From a virus (Duplodnaviria > Caudoviricetes), in the IMG/VR virus record IMGVR_UViG_3300047463_000016, positions 1 through 25,468 of that record: 25,468 bases of DNA; one strand, written 5' to 3'. Under the pieces are notes generated by a model. The model was not told the DNA's origin and did no database searches. It was given only the letters and a program-made list of their open reading frames with translations. Positions 9,147 through 17,122 of this stretch are shown here, piece after piece. The position numbers and the translations under genes are program-made. Within the stretch, counting starts at the first letter, position 1. Each line of letters begins with the position of its first letter.

Positions 9147-10448
9147 ATGGGTAAGTCACTAACTGAAGTAGCAAAGCAGATCCTATCTGAGGGAAGCTAT
9201 CCTGAGGTAGATCCAATGGGTGCTGGTCATCCAGATCGCGGTGCAAAGTCTATGACACCGAACGCAGCAACTCTAAAGCCTGGTTCAAAGGGTGTTGAGA
9301 GTCGCTTCTCTAATCCTGGTGCATCCGAACCTTCTGCTCCAGATAACTCTGTTGAGGATCTAGGTCCCGCTCTGGTAAAGCAGGGTGATGTGCCTCCTTC
9401 AGCAAAGGCTGCTGCAAAAATGGGCAAGGACACTTCAAAGTCTGCTAAGGCCGAAGTTCCTGCAGAGAAGCCAAAGAAGCAGGCTGAAGTAATGGAAGAA
9501 GATGCTGAAGTTGAGGGTGATACCCTTGAAGAGGAAGAAGTATCTCTTGACGAAGCCATTGAAGCATTCATCGAGCATCTTGCAGAAGCAGGTATGGATG
9601 AAGATTCAATCATGGAAGCTGTTCAGGAAGAGTTTGGTGAATACCTAGAAGAGGCCGAACAGGGCGAAACCGAAGTAAACGAAGAAGATGAGACTGTCAG
9701 CGAAGAGGAAGAATATCAGGTAGATATGTCCGAGCATGTAGAAGCCCTATTTGCTGGCGAAGAGCTATCTGAGGAGTTCAAGCAGAAGGCTATCACAATC
9801 TTTGAGGCTGCTGTTATGCAGAAGCTAGACGAAGAGGTAAAGAAGATTGAGGAAGCATATGCTGAGTCTCTAGCAGAAGAAGTTGCTCAGATTCAGTCCG
9901 AACTCACAGAGAACGTTGATGACTATCTCAACTATGTTGTCGAACAGTGGGTCTCTGAAAATGAAGTTGCTATCGAGTCCAATCTTCGCACAGAACTAAC
10001 AGAAGACTTCATCGCTGGTCTTCGTCAGTTGTTTGCTGAAAACTACATCGATATCCCAGAAGACAAGGTATCTGTAGTAGAAGAAATGAATGCTCGCGTC
10101 TCCGAACTTGAGGAGAAGCTAAATGAGGAGATTGAGCGTAATGTTGCTCTCAACAAGACGATCAACGAATCTGCACAATATAGCATTCTTATTGATGCTT
10201 GTGACGGACTAACAGCCACACAGGCTGAGAAGCTAAAGTCTCTTGCTGAAGGTATCACATTTACTTCTGCTGATGAATACGCACAGAAGATTGATATCCT
10301 AAAGGAAAACTATTTCACTCAGAATGTCAACACAGAGAACGTTCTAGACCCTGTGGAAAGCAATAATGAGGGACAGACTATTAATGAAGCACTAGATGGC
10401 CGTATGTCTGCTTATGTCAGAACGCTCGGTAAGAAGTTGCCTAATTAA
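9147..10448 (+). CDS. gp22: Prohead core scaffold protein
   Basis: Very acidic; LSEEFKQKAITIFEAAV, VDDYLNYVVEQW, LFAENYIDIPEDK; between gp21 and gp23. Confidence 0.95.
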   Translation: MGKSLTEVAKQILSEGSYPEVDPMGAGHPDRGAKSMTPNAATLKPGSKGVESRFSNPGASEPSAPDNSVEDLGPALVKQGDVPPSAKAAAKMGKDTSKSAKAEVPAEKPKKQAEVMEEDAEVEGDTLEEEEVSLDEAIEAFIEHLAEAGMDEDSIMEAVQEEFGEYLEEAEQGETEVNEEDETVSEEEEYQVDMSEHVEALFAGEELSEEFKQKAITIFEAAVMQKLDEEVKKIEEAYAESLAEEVAQIQSELTENVDDYLNYVVEQWVSENEVAIESNLRTELTEDFIAGLRQLFAENYIDIPEDKVSVVEEMNARVSELEEKLNEEIERNVALNKTINESAQYSILIDACDGLTATQAEKLKSLAEGITFTSADEYAQKIDILKENYFTQNVNTENVLDPVESNNEGQTINEALDGRMSAYVRTLGKKLPN

Positions 10449-10455
10449 CGATTTT

Positions 10456-10463
10456 CATAAATA
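10456..10463 (+). promoter_or_regulatory. Probable late promoter (CATAAATA) for gp23
   Basis: Near-consensus in the gp22-gp23 intergenic region. Confidence 0.6.
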
Positions 10464-10509
10464 GATTATTACATAAACGTAGTAGTAAGATTTCAAAAGG
10501 AGAATATAG

Positions 10510-11835
10510 ATGTATCTTACAGAACATTTGGAGAAGAAGTGGTCACCAGTTCTAGACCACGATGGGCTAAACCCAATCAAGGACTCTTATCGTCGTGCTG
10601 TTACTGCTGTTATCCTAGAGAATCAGGAAAAGGCAATGGCAGAAGAGGGTCGTATGCTAAACGAAGCTGCGCCAGTAAACGCAACAGGTTCAAGCATTGA
10701 CAACTACGACCCAATCCTAATCTCATTGGTTCGTCGTGCGCTTCCTAACCTGATTGCTTATGACATCTGCGGCGTTCAGCCAATGACTGGTCCAACAGGA
10801 CTAATCTTTGCCATGAAGTCCAGGTATAAGACTCAGGGCGGCGACGAGGCTCTGTTCAACGAAGCCAACACAGCGTTCTCATCTCAGAACTCTGCTGGTG
10901 GTCTAGTAGGTACAGTTTCCGGCAACTATGCTAACACCAACCCAGTATTCGCAACAGGCGATTCTGACACATATGGTGTTGGTCGTGGTATGACAACTGC
11001 TCAGGCTGAAGCTCTGGGTGACGCTGCTGGTAACCACTTCGCCGAAATGGCATTCAGCATCGACAAGGTTACAGTTACCGCTCGTAGCCGTGCGCTGAAG
11101 GCCGAATACACCATGGAACTAGCTCAGGATCTGAAGGCTGTTCATGGTCTAGATGCTGAGACAGAACTTGCTAACATTCTGTCAACAGAAATCCTAGCCG
11201 AAATCAACCGTGAAGTTGTTCGCACAGTATATCGCTCTGCCACACTCGGCGCAGCTTATGGTGTAACAACTGCTGGTACTTTCGACCTAGACACAGACTC
11301 CAATGGTCGTTGGTCTGTTGAGAAGTTCAAGGGTCTGGTATTCCAGATTGAGCGTGAAGCCAATGCTATCGCTCGCGCAACCCGTCGTGGTAAGGGTAAC
11401 ATCATCATCGTATCTTCGGACGTTGCTTCCGCTCTTGCGATGGCTGGTGTTCTTGACTACACTCCAGCCCTCAAGGCTGACCTAAACGTAGACGACACCG
11501 GCAACACCTTCGCTGGTATGCTTCACGGTCGCGTAAAGGTTTACATCGATCCATACTTCGGTGGTTCTTCTAACGGCGATGAGCTTTGCACAGTTGGCTA
11601 TAAGGGTTCTTCTCCTTATGATGCCGGTCTGTTCTACTGCCCATATGTTCCTCTTCAGATGGTTCGCGCTATCGGGCAGGATACATTCCAGCCAAAGATC
11701 GGATTCAAAACCAGGTACGGAATGGTGGCCAATCCATTCGCCACAACCCGTGGTGATGGTACCGTTGGTGAGCGTAATACTGCTGCGGACGCGAATATAT
11801 ATTACAGACTGTTTAGAATCCGGAATCTTACGTAA
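10510..11835 (+). CDS. gp23: Major capsid protein
   Basis: KWSPVLD, GVQPMTGPTGLIFAM, RALKAEYTMELAQDLKAVHGLDAE, GLFYCPYVPL, FQPKIGFKTRYG. Confidence 0.99.
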   Translation: MYLTEHLEKKWSPVLDHDGLNPIKDSYRRAVTAVILENQEKAMAEEGRMLNEAAPVNATGSSIDNYDPILISLVRRALPNLIAYDICGVQPMTGPTGLIFAMKSRYKTQGGDEALFNEANTAFSSQNSAGGLVGTVSGNYANTNPVFATGDSDTYGVGRGMTTAQAEALGDAAGNHFAEMAFSIDKVTVTARSRALKAEYTMELAQDLKAVHGLDAETELANILSTEILAEINREVVRTVYRSATLGAAYGVTTAGTFDLDTDSNGRWSVEKFKGLVFQIEREANAIARATRRGKGNIIIVSSDVASALAMAGVLDYTPALKADLNVDDTGNTFAGMLHGRVKVYIDPYFGGSSNGDELCTVGYKGSSPYDAGLFYCPYVPLQMVRAIGQDTFQPKIGFKTRYGMVANPFATTRGDGTVGERNTAADANIYYRLFRIRNLT

Positions 11836-11870
11836 ATCAATAACTTACGAGATTCTAATAAACTTGACTA

Positions 11871-12620
11871 TCAACTTGGGGGGAGCTTCGGCTCCCTCTT
11901 TCTTTTTGTTAGCCAACTCCAACTTGTTCCTTGGATAATATGTTTTATTGTACCCAAGTTTACACCATATTCTTGCGATTTCATAACAGAAAACACGTGG
12001 TCGTATGACACGATCCTATTGTTTCTTCCTATTGTGCCCACAAGAGGCAAGTCATTTTTCATTTCATATTCTTCCATAATATCCAGAACATCTTTTTCAG
12101 TAATCTTTGCACATGTATTTTTCGATCCCAAGGAATTATTACGTCTCTTTTCTCTAAGTTCTTGAGATTGATTTCTCAGTCCTTCGGATATAGCAAGTTT
12201 ATGTTCTTTAGATTTCTTTATTCCTTTGCCGTTACCTTTGAGTTTTTCCGATTGTAATATTCTTTGTTCATCCGTCCATTTTTTTCCATAGTTATGATGT
12301 TCTTTGCCAAACGTTATCGGAGGAGCATGTCCGTCCGTCCTATTCAAAAAGTTATTATTGTTTCTGATATTCATACGTTTCAGTACCTTTTCTTCCCATA
12401 ACATGCATTCTTTCCGTGAATTGAATACTTTTCTTATTTCAATAACATCGGGTTCTCCATGCGTTTTCCTAAAGAGTTGGACATACTTGGAAGAAGTGAA
12501 ATATGTTTTCCATAGATTTGAAGGATGCGCCATAGCCCCATATTGACAACCATAATACCATGTGTTGTAATGTGTCCATCCTATGAGATATGTGTATGGC
12601 TGATAATGATAAATAGTCAT
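11871..12620 (-). CDS. Free-standing homing endonuclease (GIY-YIG-like N-terminus, NUMOD3-like repeats)
   Basis: PYTYLIGW...WYYGCQY...YFTSSKYV catalytic-type domain; HHNYGKKWTDEQR and GIKKSKEHKLAISEG NUMOD3-like motifs; AGGAGG RBS; antisense to neighbours. Confidence 0.8.
   Translation of the reverse strand: MTIYHYQPYTYLIGWTHYNTWYYGCQYGAMAHPSNLWKTYFTSSKYVQLFRKTHGEPDVIEIRKVFNSRKECMLWEEKVLKRMNIRNNNNFLNRTDGHAPPITFGKEHHNYGKKWTDEQRILQSEKLKGNGKGIKKSKEHKLAISEGLRNQSQELREKRRNNSLGSKNTCAKITEKDVLDIMEEYEMKNDLPLVGTIGRNNRIVSYDHVFSVMKSQEYGVNLGTIKHIIQGTSWSWLTKRKREPKLPPS
11878..11910 (+). terminator. Rho-independent terminator of gp23
   Basis: GGGGGGAGC-TTCG-GCTCCCTCT followed by TTCTTTTTGTT; cUUCGg tetraloop typical of T4-like terminators. 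Confidence 0.9.
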
Positions 12621-12682
12621 AAGCTGATGCTCCTCCTAAGTGTTAGAGTAGATGGGTGTTCCCGCACCGCGATCTACACTTC

Positions 12683-12696
12683 TATTTATATAAATA
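12683..12696. promoter_or_regulatory. Overlapping divergent late promoters (palindrome TATTTATATAAATA)
   Basis: TATAAATA at 12689-12696 (+) and at 12683-12690 (-). Confidence 0.8.
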
Positions 12697-12700
12697 CAAC

Positions 12701-12946
12701 ATGGTATACATTCTAAATCGAAAAGAACTTGTATTAGTCAATCTCACATACTATATGCCAGACTATACAAATCTGATACAGACATTTCATTGGCAAACAG
12801 AAGATGTTGTGCCACATATACCTCGCGTTCATAAGTTTCTGAACTACTGGAAAGAACATGTAGAAGCGGTGATAAAAGAAGTTCAAGTGAGTTCTAGTGA
12901 ACATAAATACATAACCAATGTCATTTTTCATAGGACATATAACTAA
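12701..12946 (+). CDS. usg: Usg-like family protein
   Basis: YYMPDYTNLIQTFHWQTEDVVPHIPRVHKFLNYW matches the Usg pattern Y.MPD...L.Q.F.WQ..D..P..P....FL.FW; start moved to ATG 12701, downstream of the late promoter. Confidence 0.8.
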   Translation: MVYILNRKELVLVNLTYYMPDYTNLIQTFHWQTEDVVPHIPRVHKFLNYWKEHVEAVIKEVQVSSSEHKYITNVIFHRTYN

Positions 12947-13464
12947 TGGCAAATGAATCTATCTTTATGACAACTCCGCAGAACACTAGCATTCTGCAAA
13001 CAACCAAGTATACATTTATTATACCTGAGTTGCCGTTCGCTAGATATTTCTGTCAGACAGTTTCTCTACCTGGTGTATCTACATCTGAAGTTTCGGTATC
13101 AACACCATTTGTGACTACATATAGACATGGTGATACTCTTGTATATGACGCATTCTCAATACAAGCTATCGTTGATGAAGATTTGCGTGTATGGGAAGAA
13201 ACACATAACTGGCTTGTTGCTCTGACTAAACCAGTTTCTTTCAGACAGTATGCTACAAATATTGGTAGAGAGAAATACTATGATGGCATACTGACCATCA
13301 ATACTAATGCTAACAATCCAAACATTCGAATCAAGTTCAAGAACGTTCATCCGACATCTATTGGTGGTATAAACTTCAATACATCCGACAATGCTGAAAC
13401 AACACCCACAGCAGATATCAACTTTAGATATGATTACTTTGAAATAGAACGGATTACTGCTTGA
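12946..13464 (+). CDS. gp3: Tail completion / sheath stabiliser protein
   Basis: YFCQTVSLPGVS, GDTLVYD, VDEDLRVWEETHNWL, PTSIGGINF, ADINFRYDYFEI; usual position after gp23. Confidence 0.88.
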   Translation: MANESIFMTTPQNTSILQTTKYTFIIPELPFARYFCQTVSLPGVSTSEVSVSTPFVTTYRHGDTLVYDAFSIQAIVDEDLRVWEETHNWLVALTKPVSFRQYATNIGREKYYDGILTINTNANNPNIRIKFKNVHPTSIGGINFNTSDNAETTPTADINFRYDYFEIERITA

Positions 13465-13489
13465 CATTATCACTAACATAGTGTATACT
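13461..13489 (+). promoter_or_regulatory. Sigma70-type promoter for uvsY-uvsW
   Basis: TTGACA-17 bp-TATACT, followed by a GAGGAG RBS. Confidence 0.8.
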
Positions 13490-13520
13490 ATGCTAGTTTA
13501 TATTATGAGGAGTTCCTAAT

Positions 13521-13973
13521 ATGCTAAGACCACCCGTCAGTATTGATGCGCTCATGGAAGAATGGGCAAACGATGCTGTTATGAATGAAACAGAACCCGC
13601 AAGGGATTTAGCTAAGATTCCAAATCTTCATGCGAAATATCTGAATATTCTAACGCATCATAATCTAATAGTCAAGAAAATAACTGCTGACTATAACAAA
13701 CTAAAATCTATCAAGTGGCAATACTATTCTGGTGATCTGAACAATCCAGAAGATTTGGAGAGATATGGACTAGAACCTATGCCAAAGAAGATTCTTAGGC
13801 AAGATATATCTATACATATAGACTCTGATCCAGAACTCACAACCATACTTCTCAAGAAAATGATCCATCAAGAGATAGTAGACTACTGTACCTTAGTGCT
13901 AAAAGAGATCAACGCAAGAACATGGCAACTCCAAAATATTGTAAAGTTATTGATATTCAATGCCGGCAACTAA
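13521..13973 (+). CDS. uvsY: Recombination mediator UvsY
   Basis: KIPNLHAKYL, WQYYSG, IDSDPEL, INARTWQLQN; precedes uvsW. Confidence 0.9.
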   Translation: MLRPPVSIDALMEEWANDAVMNETEPARDLAKIPNLHAKYLNILTHHNLIVKKITADYNKLKSIKWQYYSGDLNNPEDLERYGLEPMPKKILRQDISIHIDSDPELTTILLKKMIHQEIVDYCTLVLKEINARTWQLQNIVKLLIFNAGN

Positions 13974-15285
13974 TAAGTTATTCATTCAAAATAAGGATGA
14001 GGTCTATGTAAAAATAGATTGTGATGAGGGTATCTCATATGAGTTACGCGAATACTTCACGTTTCACGTTCCTGGTTATCAGTTCACACCTCAATATAAA
14101 TCACGTCTTTGGGACGGCAAGGTAAGATTATGGGATGTTCGCACTCGACAGATATATCGTGGACTTGTACCTTATGTCGCTAAGTTTTGTGAGGAACGAA
14201 ACTATGAATGGGACTATGAGAATGAGATATACGATGAGGAGTTCTCTATTCAAGAAGCCAATGAGTTTATCAAGACACTCAATCTTCCTATAGAACCTAG
14301 AGACTATCAGGTATCATCATTTGCACATGCCATAAGATCAAGGAGAGCCTTACTATTATCTCCTACTGCTTCTGGTAAGTCACTTATCATATACCTCATT
14401 ATGCGATATATCAACGCTAAAAAGACACTTATTATTGTTCCCACTATATCTCTTGTGTCTCAGTTAGCAGGAGACTTTGCAGATTATGGATTTGACTCAG
14501 AGACTCATATACACAAAATATTCTCTGGGCAAGAGAAGATAACAGATAAGCCTATAACTATATCTACATGGCAGTCTCTCCATAAACTGCCTAAAGCATA
14601 CTTTCGTCAGTTTGATGTTGTCATAGGAGACGAAGCCCATCTGTTCAAGGCTAAATCTCTGACTGATATCATGACTGGATTGATCAATGCTAAATATCGT
14701 ATAGGCACTACTGGTACATTAGACGGAACAAAGACACATAAACTAGTATTAGAAGGTTTGTTTGGTCCTGTTCTGAAAGTCATAACAACTAAAGATTTGA
14801 TGGATCAAAAAGTTGTTGCTGATTTCAATATCAAGTGCCTACTTCTAAAGCATCCAGATTCTGTCTGTCAAGCACTAAAGACTGCAACATATCAACAAGA
14901 GATAGAATATCTGGTTCTCAATGACGCTAGAAATAAGTTCATAAGCAACTTAGCATTATCACTTACTGGTAATACACTAGTCCTCTATCAGTATGTGGAC
15001 AAGCACGGTAAGTTGCTCCAAGACTTGATAAATACTAAGACTACGAATAGCGAGAGAAAATGCTTCTTTATCTATGGTAAAACAGATGTGGAAGTTCGCG
15101 AAGAAACCAGACATATAGTGGATGCACACCCGGTAGAAAACGAAATACTATTTGAGTTTGGTGATAAAAAGATAAAATGTAAGATTGATGATCCTGTGAG
15201 ACTTTTCAACGGTAGTATCAAAAAGGCAAAAGATATAACTGATAATGATGACATTGATGATAATTGGATTCTAAATAGAAAATAA
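13960..15285 (+). CDS. uvsW: UvsW SF2 helicase, N-terminal fragment with about 50-aa foreign tail
   Basis: WDGKVRL, PRDYQ, SPTASGKS, GDEAHLFKAKS, GTTGTLDG; helicase similarity stops near ETRHIVDAH, before motifs V-VI. Confidence 0.93.
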   Translation: MPATNKLFIQNKDEVYVKIDCDEGISYELREYFTFHVPGYQFTPQYKSRLWDGKVRLWDVRTRQIYRGLVPYVAKFCEERNYEWDYENEIYDEEFSIQEANEFIKTLNLPIEPRDYQVSSFAHAIRSRRALLLSPTASGKSLIIYLIMRYINAKKTLIIVPTISLVSQLAGDFADYGFDSETHIHKIFSGQEKITDKPITISTWQSLHKLPKAYFRQFDVVIGDEAHLFKAKSLTDIMTGLINAKYRIGTTGTLDGTKTHKLVLEGLFGPVLKVITTKDLMDQKVVADFNIKCLLLKHPDSVCQALKTATYQQEIEYLVLNDARNKFISNLALSLTGNTLVLYQYVDKHGKLLQDLINTKTTNSERKCFFIYGKTDVEVREETRHIVDAHPVENEILFEFGDKKIKCKIDDPVRLFNGSIKKAKDITDNDDIDDNWILNRK

Positions 15286-15305
15286 ATATTTCTACAGGTA
15301 TCAAC

Positions 15306-15995
15306 ATGAAGTATTATACAATTTATAAAATCACAAACAATATAAACGGCAAATACTATATCGGTAAACATATAACTAATGATCCATATGATATCTATAT
15401 GGGTTCAGGTAAAGCTATACGAAATGCGATCAAAAAATATGGTAAAGAAAACTTCTCAAAAGAGATTTTATGTTTAGCTAATACTGAAGAAGAAATGAAT
15501 CTTCTTGAGGAAAAGTTTGTAGATTATAATGATGATATGTGTTATAATATGAATGTTGGTGGTAAAGGTGGATGGAAGTATGTAAATGAAAATCAACTAT
15601 CAAATACACCAGAAATGTTGAAAAGAAAATCAGAGAAGATGAAAGAGTTTTGGACAGAAGAAAGAAAAGTTCAAAAGTCTAAACAGATGAAAGAATATAA
15701 TGTAAAGAATGGTAAAGGAAGATATAGTATCTCTGCTAAAAATATGCACTCTGATCCAGACTTCAAAAATAAGTTTTCGGTTATAATGTCTGAAGTCAAT
15801 AAAAGAGAAGATAAACGAAAAGATGCCAGTGACAAGATAAGAGAAAAATGGAAAGATGTCTCTTTTAGAGAGAAGATGAGTAAAAGACCACATGGTTCAA
15901 ATAGTAATACTATGAAAGAGAAGTGGAAAGACCCGTTGTTCAAACAAATGATGTTAGACAGGAGAAAGAAAAATGAAGCCAACAAAGATAACTAA
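15306..15995 (+). CDS. Seg-like GIY-YIG homing endonuclease inserted within uvsW
   Basis: TIYKITNNINGKYYIGKH...YMGSGKAIRNAIKKYGKENFSKEIL...YNMNVGGKGG; basic helical repeats (MKEFW, IREKWKD, MKEKWKD); AATAAATA at 15281-15288 upstream. Confidence 0.92.
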   Translation: MKYYTIYKITNNINGKYYIGKHITNDPYDIYMGSGKAIRNAIKKYGKENFSKEILCLANTEEEMNLLEEKFVDYNDDMCYNMNVGGKGGWKYVNENQLSNTPEMLKRKSEKMKEFWTEERKVQKSKQMKEYNVKNGKGRYSISAKNMHSDPDFKNKFSVIMSEVNKREDKRKDASDKIREKWKDVSFREKMSKRPHGSNSNTMKEKWKDPLFKQMMLDRRKKNEANKDN

Positions 15996-16244
15996 AGGAG
16001 GTGAAGGTTGCATCATCATAGCATCTTTCGGCACCTTTCTCAACCGGTATCAATATTAGGAATCTACATAACATCATATTTGCTTCGCCGTCAAAGTCGC
16101 GAATACGAAACCTCCAAAGTAGCTGATGATATAAGATATAAGAAACATGAGAACTATACACTCAAACATTTCGTTGAACGGATAAAGATTTACACTGACG
16201 AAAAGTTCACCTTCAAGATTTATAAAATCGAACTCAAGGTATAA
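15973..16244 (+). pseudogene. uvsW: UvsW C-terminal fragment, frameshifted and lacking motif VI
   Basis: AGGAG RBS at 15960-15964. Three successive frames: MKPTKITKGGEGCIIIASFGTF (from 15973), STGINIRNLHNIIFASPSKSRIRNLQS (16040-16120), ADDIRYKKHENYTLKHFVERIKIY...KV* (16122-16244). Confidence 0.85.
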
Positions 16245-16248
16245 AGTA

Positions 16249-16704
16249 ATGGAAGCACAAGAACATACTATCAAGTTTATTCGATTAGTGACAGGTGAAG
16301 ATATAATATCTGATGTTGTTCATGTCACTAATGATGATAATAACTACTATGTGTTATCTAATCCACTCAAAGTAATGTATCTTGCTGGTGGTAAGCCTGG
16401 TATTCTCTCCATATCTCTGATGCAATGGGTGTTCTGGCGCATCTGTGATCATCAAGAGTTTACTCTTTATCCTGAAGATGTTCTGACAATCGCTAATACA
16501 TCCGATCATATGGAAAACTATTATTACAAGTCGGTTGAACATTTCAATGAGGTCAAGGAAGACCTCAATAACAGAACAGAGTTTAGAAGTGACTATATAA
16601 ATGACACTGATGTTTCTGGTAACGAAGATGAGGATGACCATGAAGTCATTCAGAGTGTTATGGATATGCTAAAGAATATGGGTGACAAGAGGAAATTGCA
16701 CTGA
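16249..16704 (+). CDS. Conserved T4-like hypothetical protein (possible Sm-like fold)
   Basis: IKFIRLVTGEDII...LSNPL...LMQW; C-terminal KRKLH; typical position after uvsW. Confidence 0.75.
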   Translation: MEAQEHTIKFIRLVTGEDIISDVVHVTNDDNNYYVLSNPLKVMYLAGGKPGILSISLMQWVFWRICDHQEFTLYPEDVLTIANTSDHMENYYYKSVEHFNEVKEDLNNRTEFRSDYINDTDVSGNEDEDDHEVIQSVMDMLKNMGDKRKLH

Positions 16705-16769
16705 AATATATACTTTAAAACTATATATTGAAAATAACATAACCAAAATTTCGCTGAAAGGAACAAACT

Positions 16770-17012
16770 ATGAAAACTTTTAGAGCACTTTACAACGAGA
16801 TCATCACTGAGTCAAGAAAAATTCCAAGAATTGAAAGACATGAAGTAAAGGCTCTTTTAGATGCTGGACATAAGATAACCGCCGCTTCTTTATACGAACC
16901 AGATCATGCACCAAAAACAGCAAAATTTGCTATGGCTAATTATGGAGAGCCAGGAAAACCTAAACAAATAAGATTGATTAGGATACATCCTCCTGCTTCA
17001 AAAAGCAAATAA
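16770..17012 (+). CDS. Small putative internal head protein
   Basis: AAGGA RBS; N-terminus MKTFRALYNEIITE|S resembles T4 internal-protein capsid-targeting sequences. Confidence 0.6.
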   Translation: MKTFRALYNEIITESRKIPRIERHEVKALLDAGHKITAASLYEPDHAPKTAKFAMANYGEPGKPKQIRLIRIHPPASKSK

Positions 17013-17122
17013 ACGAAAAATTCAAATCAAAACAGAGAGGATTACATGGTGTGATCTGGTTCATTATAAATCAAATTAGAGATGATTTTTGCAGTTATAT
17101 ATAAAAAATAACAGAAAAATCA

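Noticed and set aside
1113-11938. Short alternative-frame and minus-strand ORFs within structural genes (e.g. 1486-1845, 5961-6521, 6678-7034, 9227-9613, 11561-11938)
   Set aside because: They are shadows of well-supported plus-strand genes, with no RBS or recognisable motifs.
12656-12700. GTG start extension of the Usg-like ORF
   Set aside because: It overlaps the endonuclease leader hairpin and lies upstream of the late promoter; ATG 12701 fits better.
15121-16010. Group I intron interrupting uvsW
   Set aside because: Only 20 nt of non-coding sequence is present and no recognisable P/Q/R/S core; the downstream half has its own RBS and ATG.
15121-16010. Functional split intein
   Set aside because: No Cys/Ser at the extein junction, no TxxH, and no C-terminal HN/HQ before the resumed helicase sequence.
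16008-16244. 78-aa ORF MHHHSIF... as an independent gene
   Set aside because: Only its last ~40 codons are UvsW; the first part is an off-frame reading of the frameshifted uvsW fragment.
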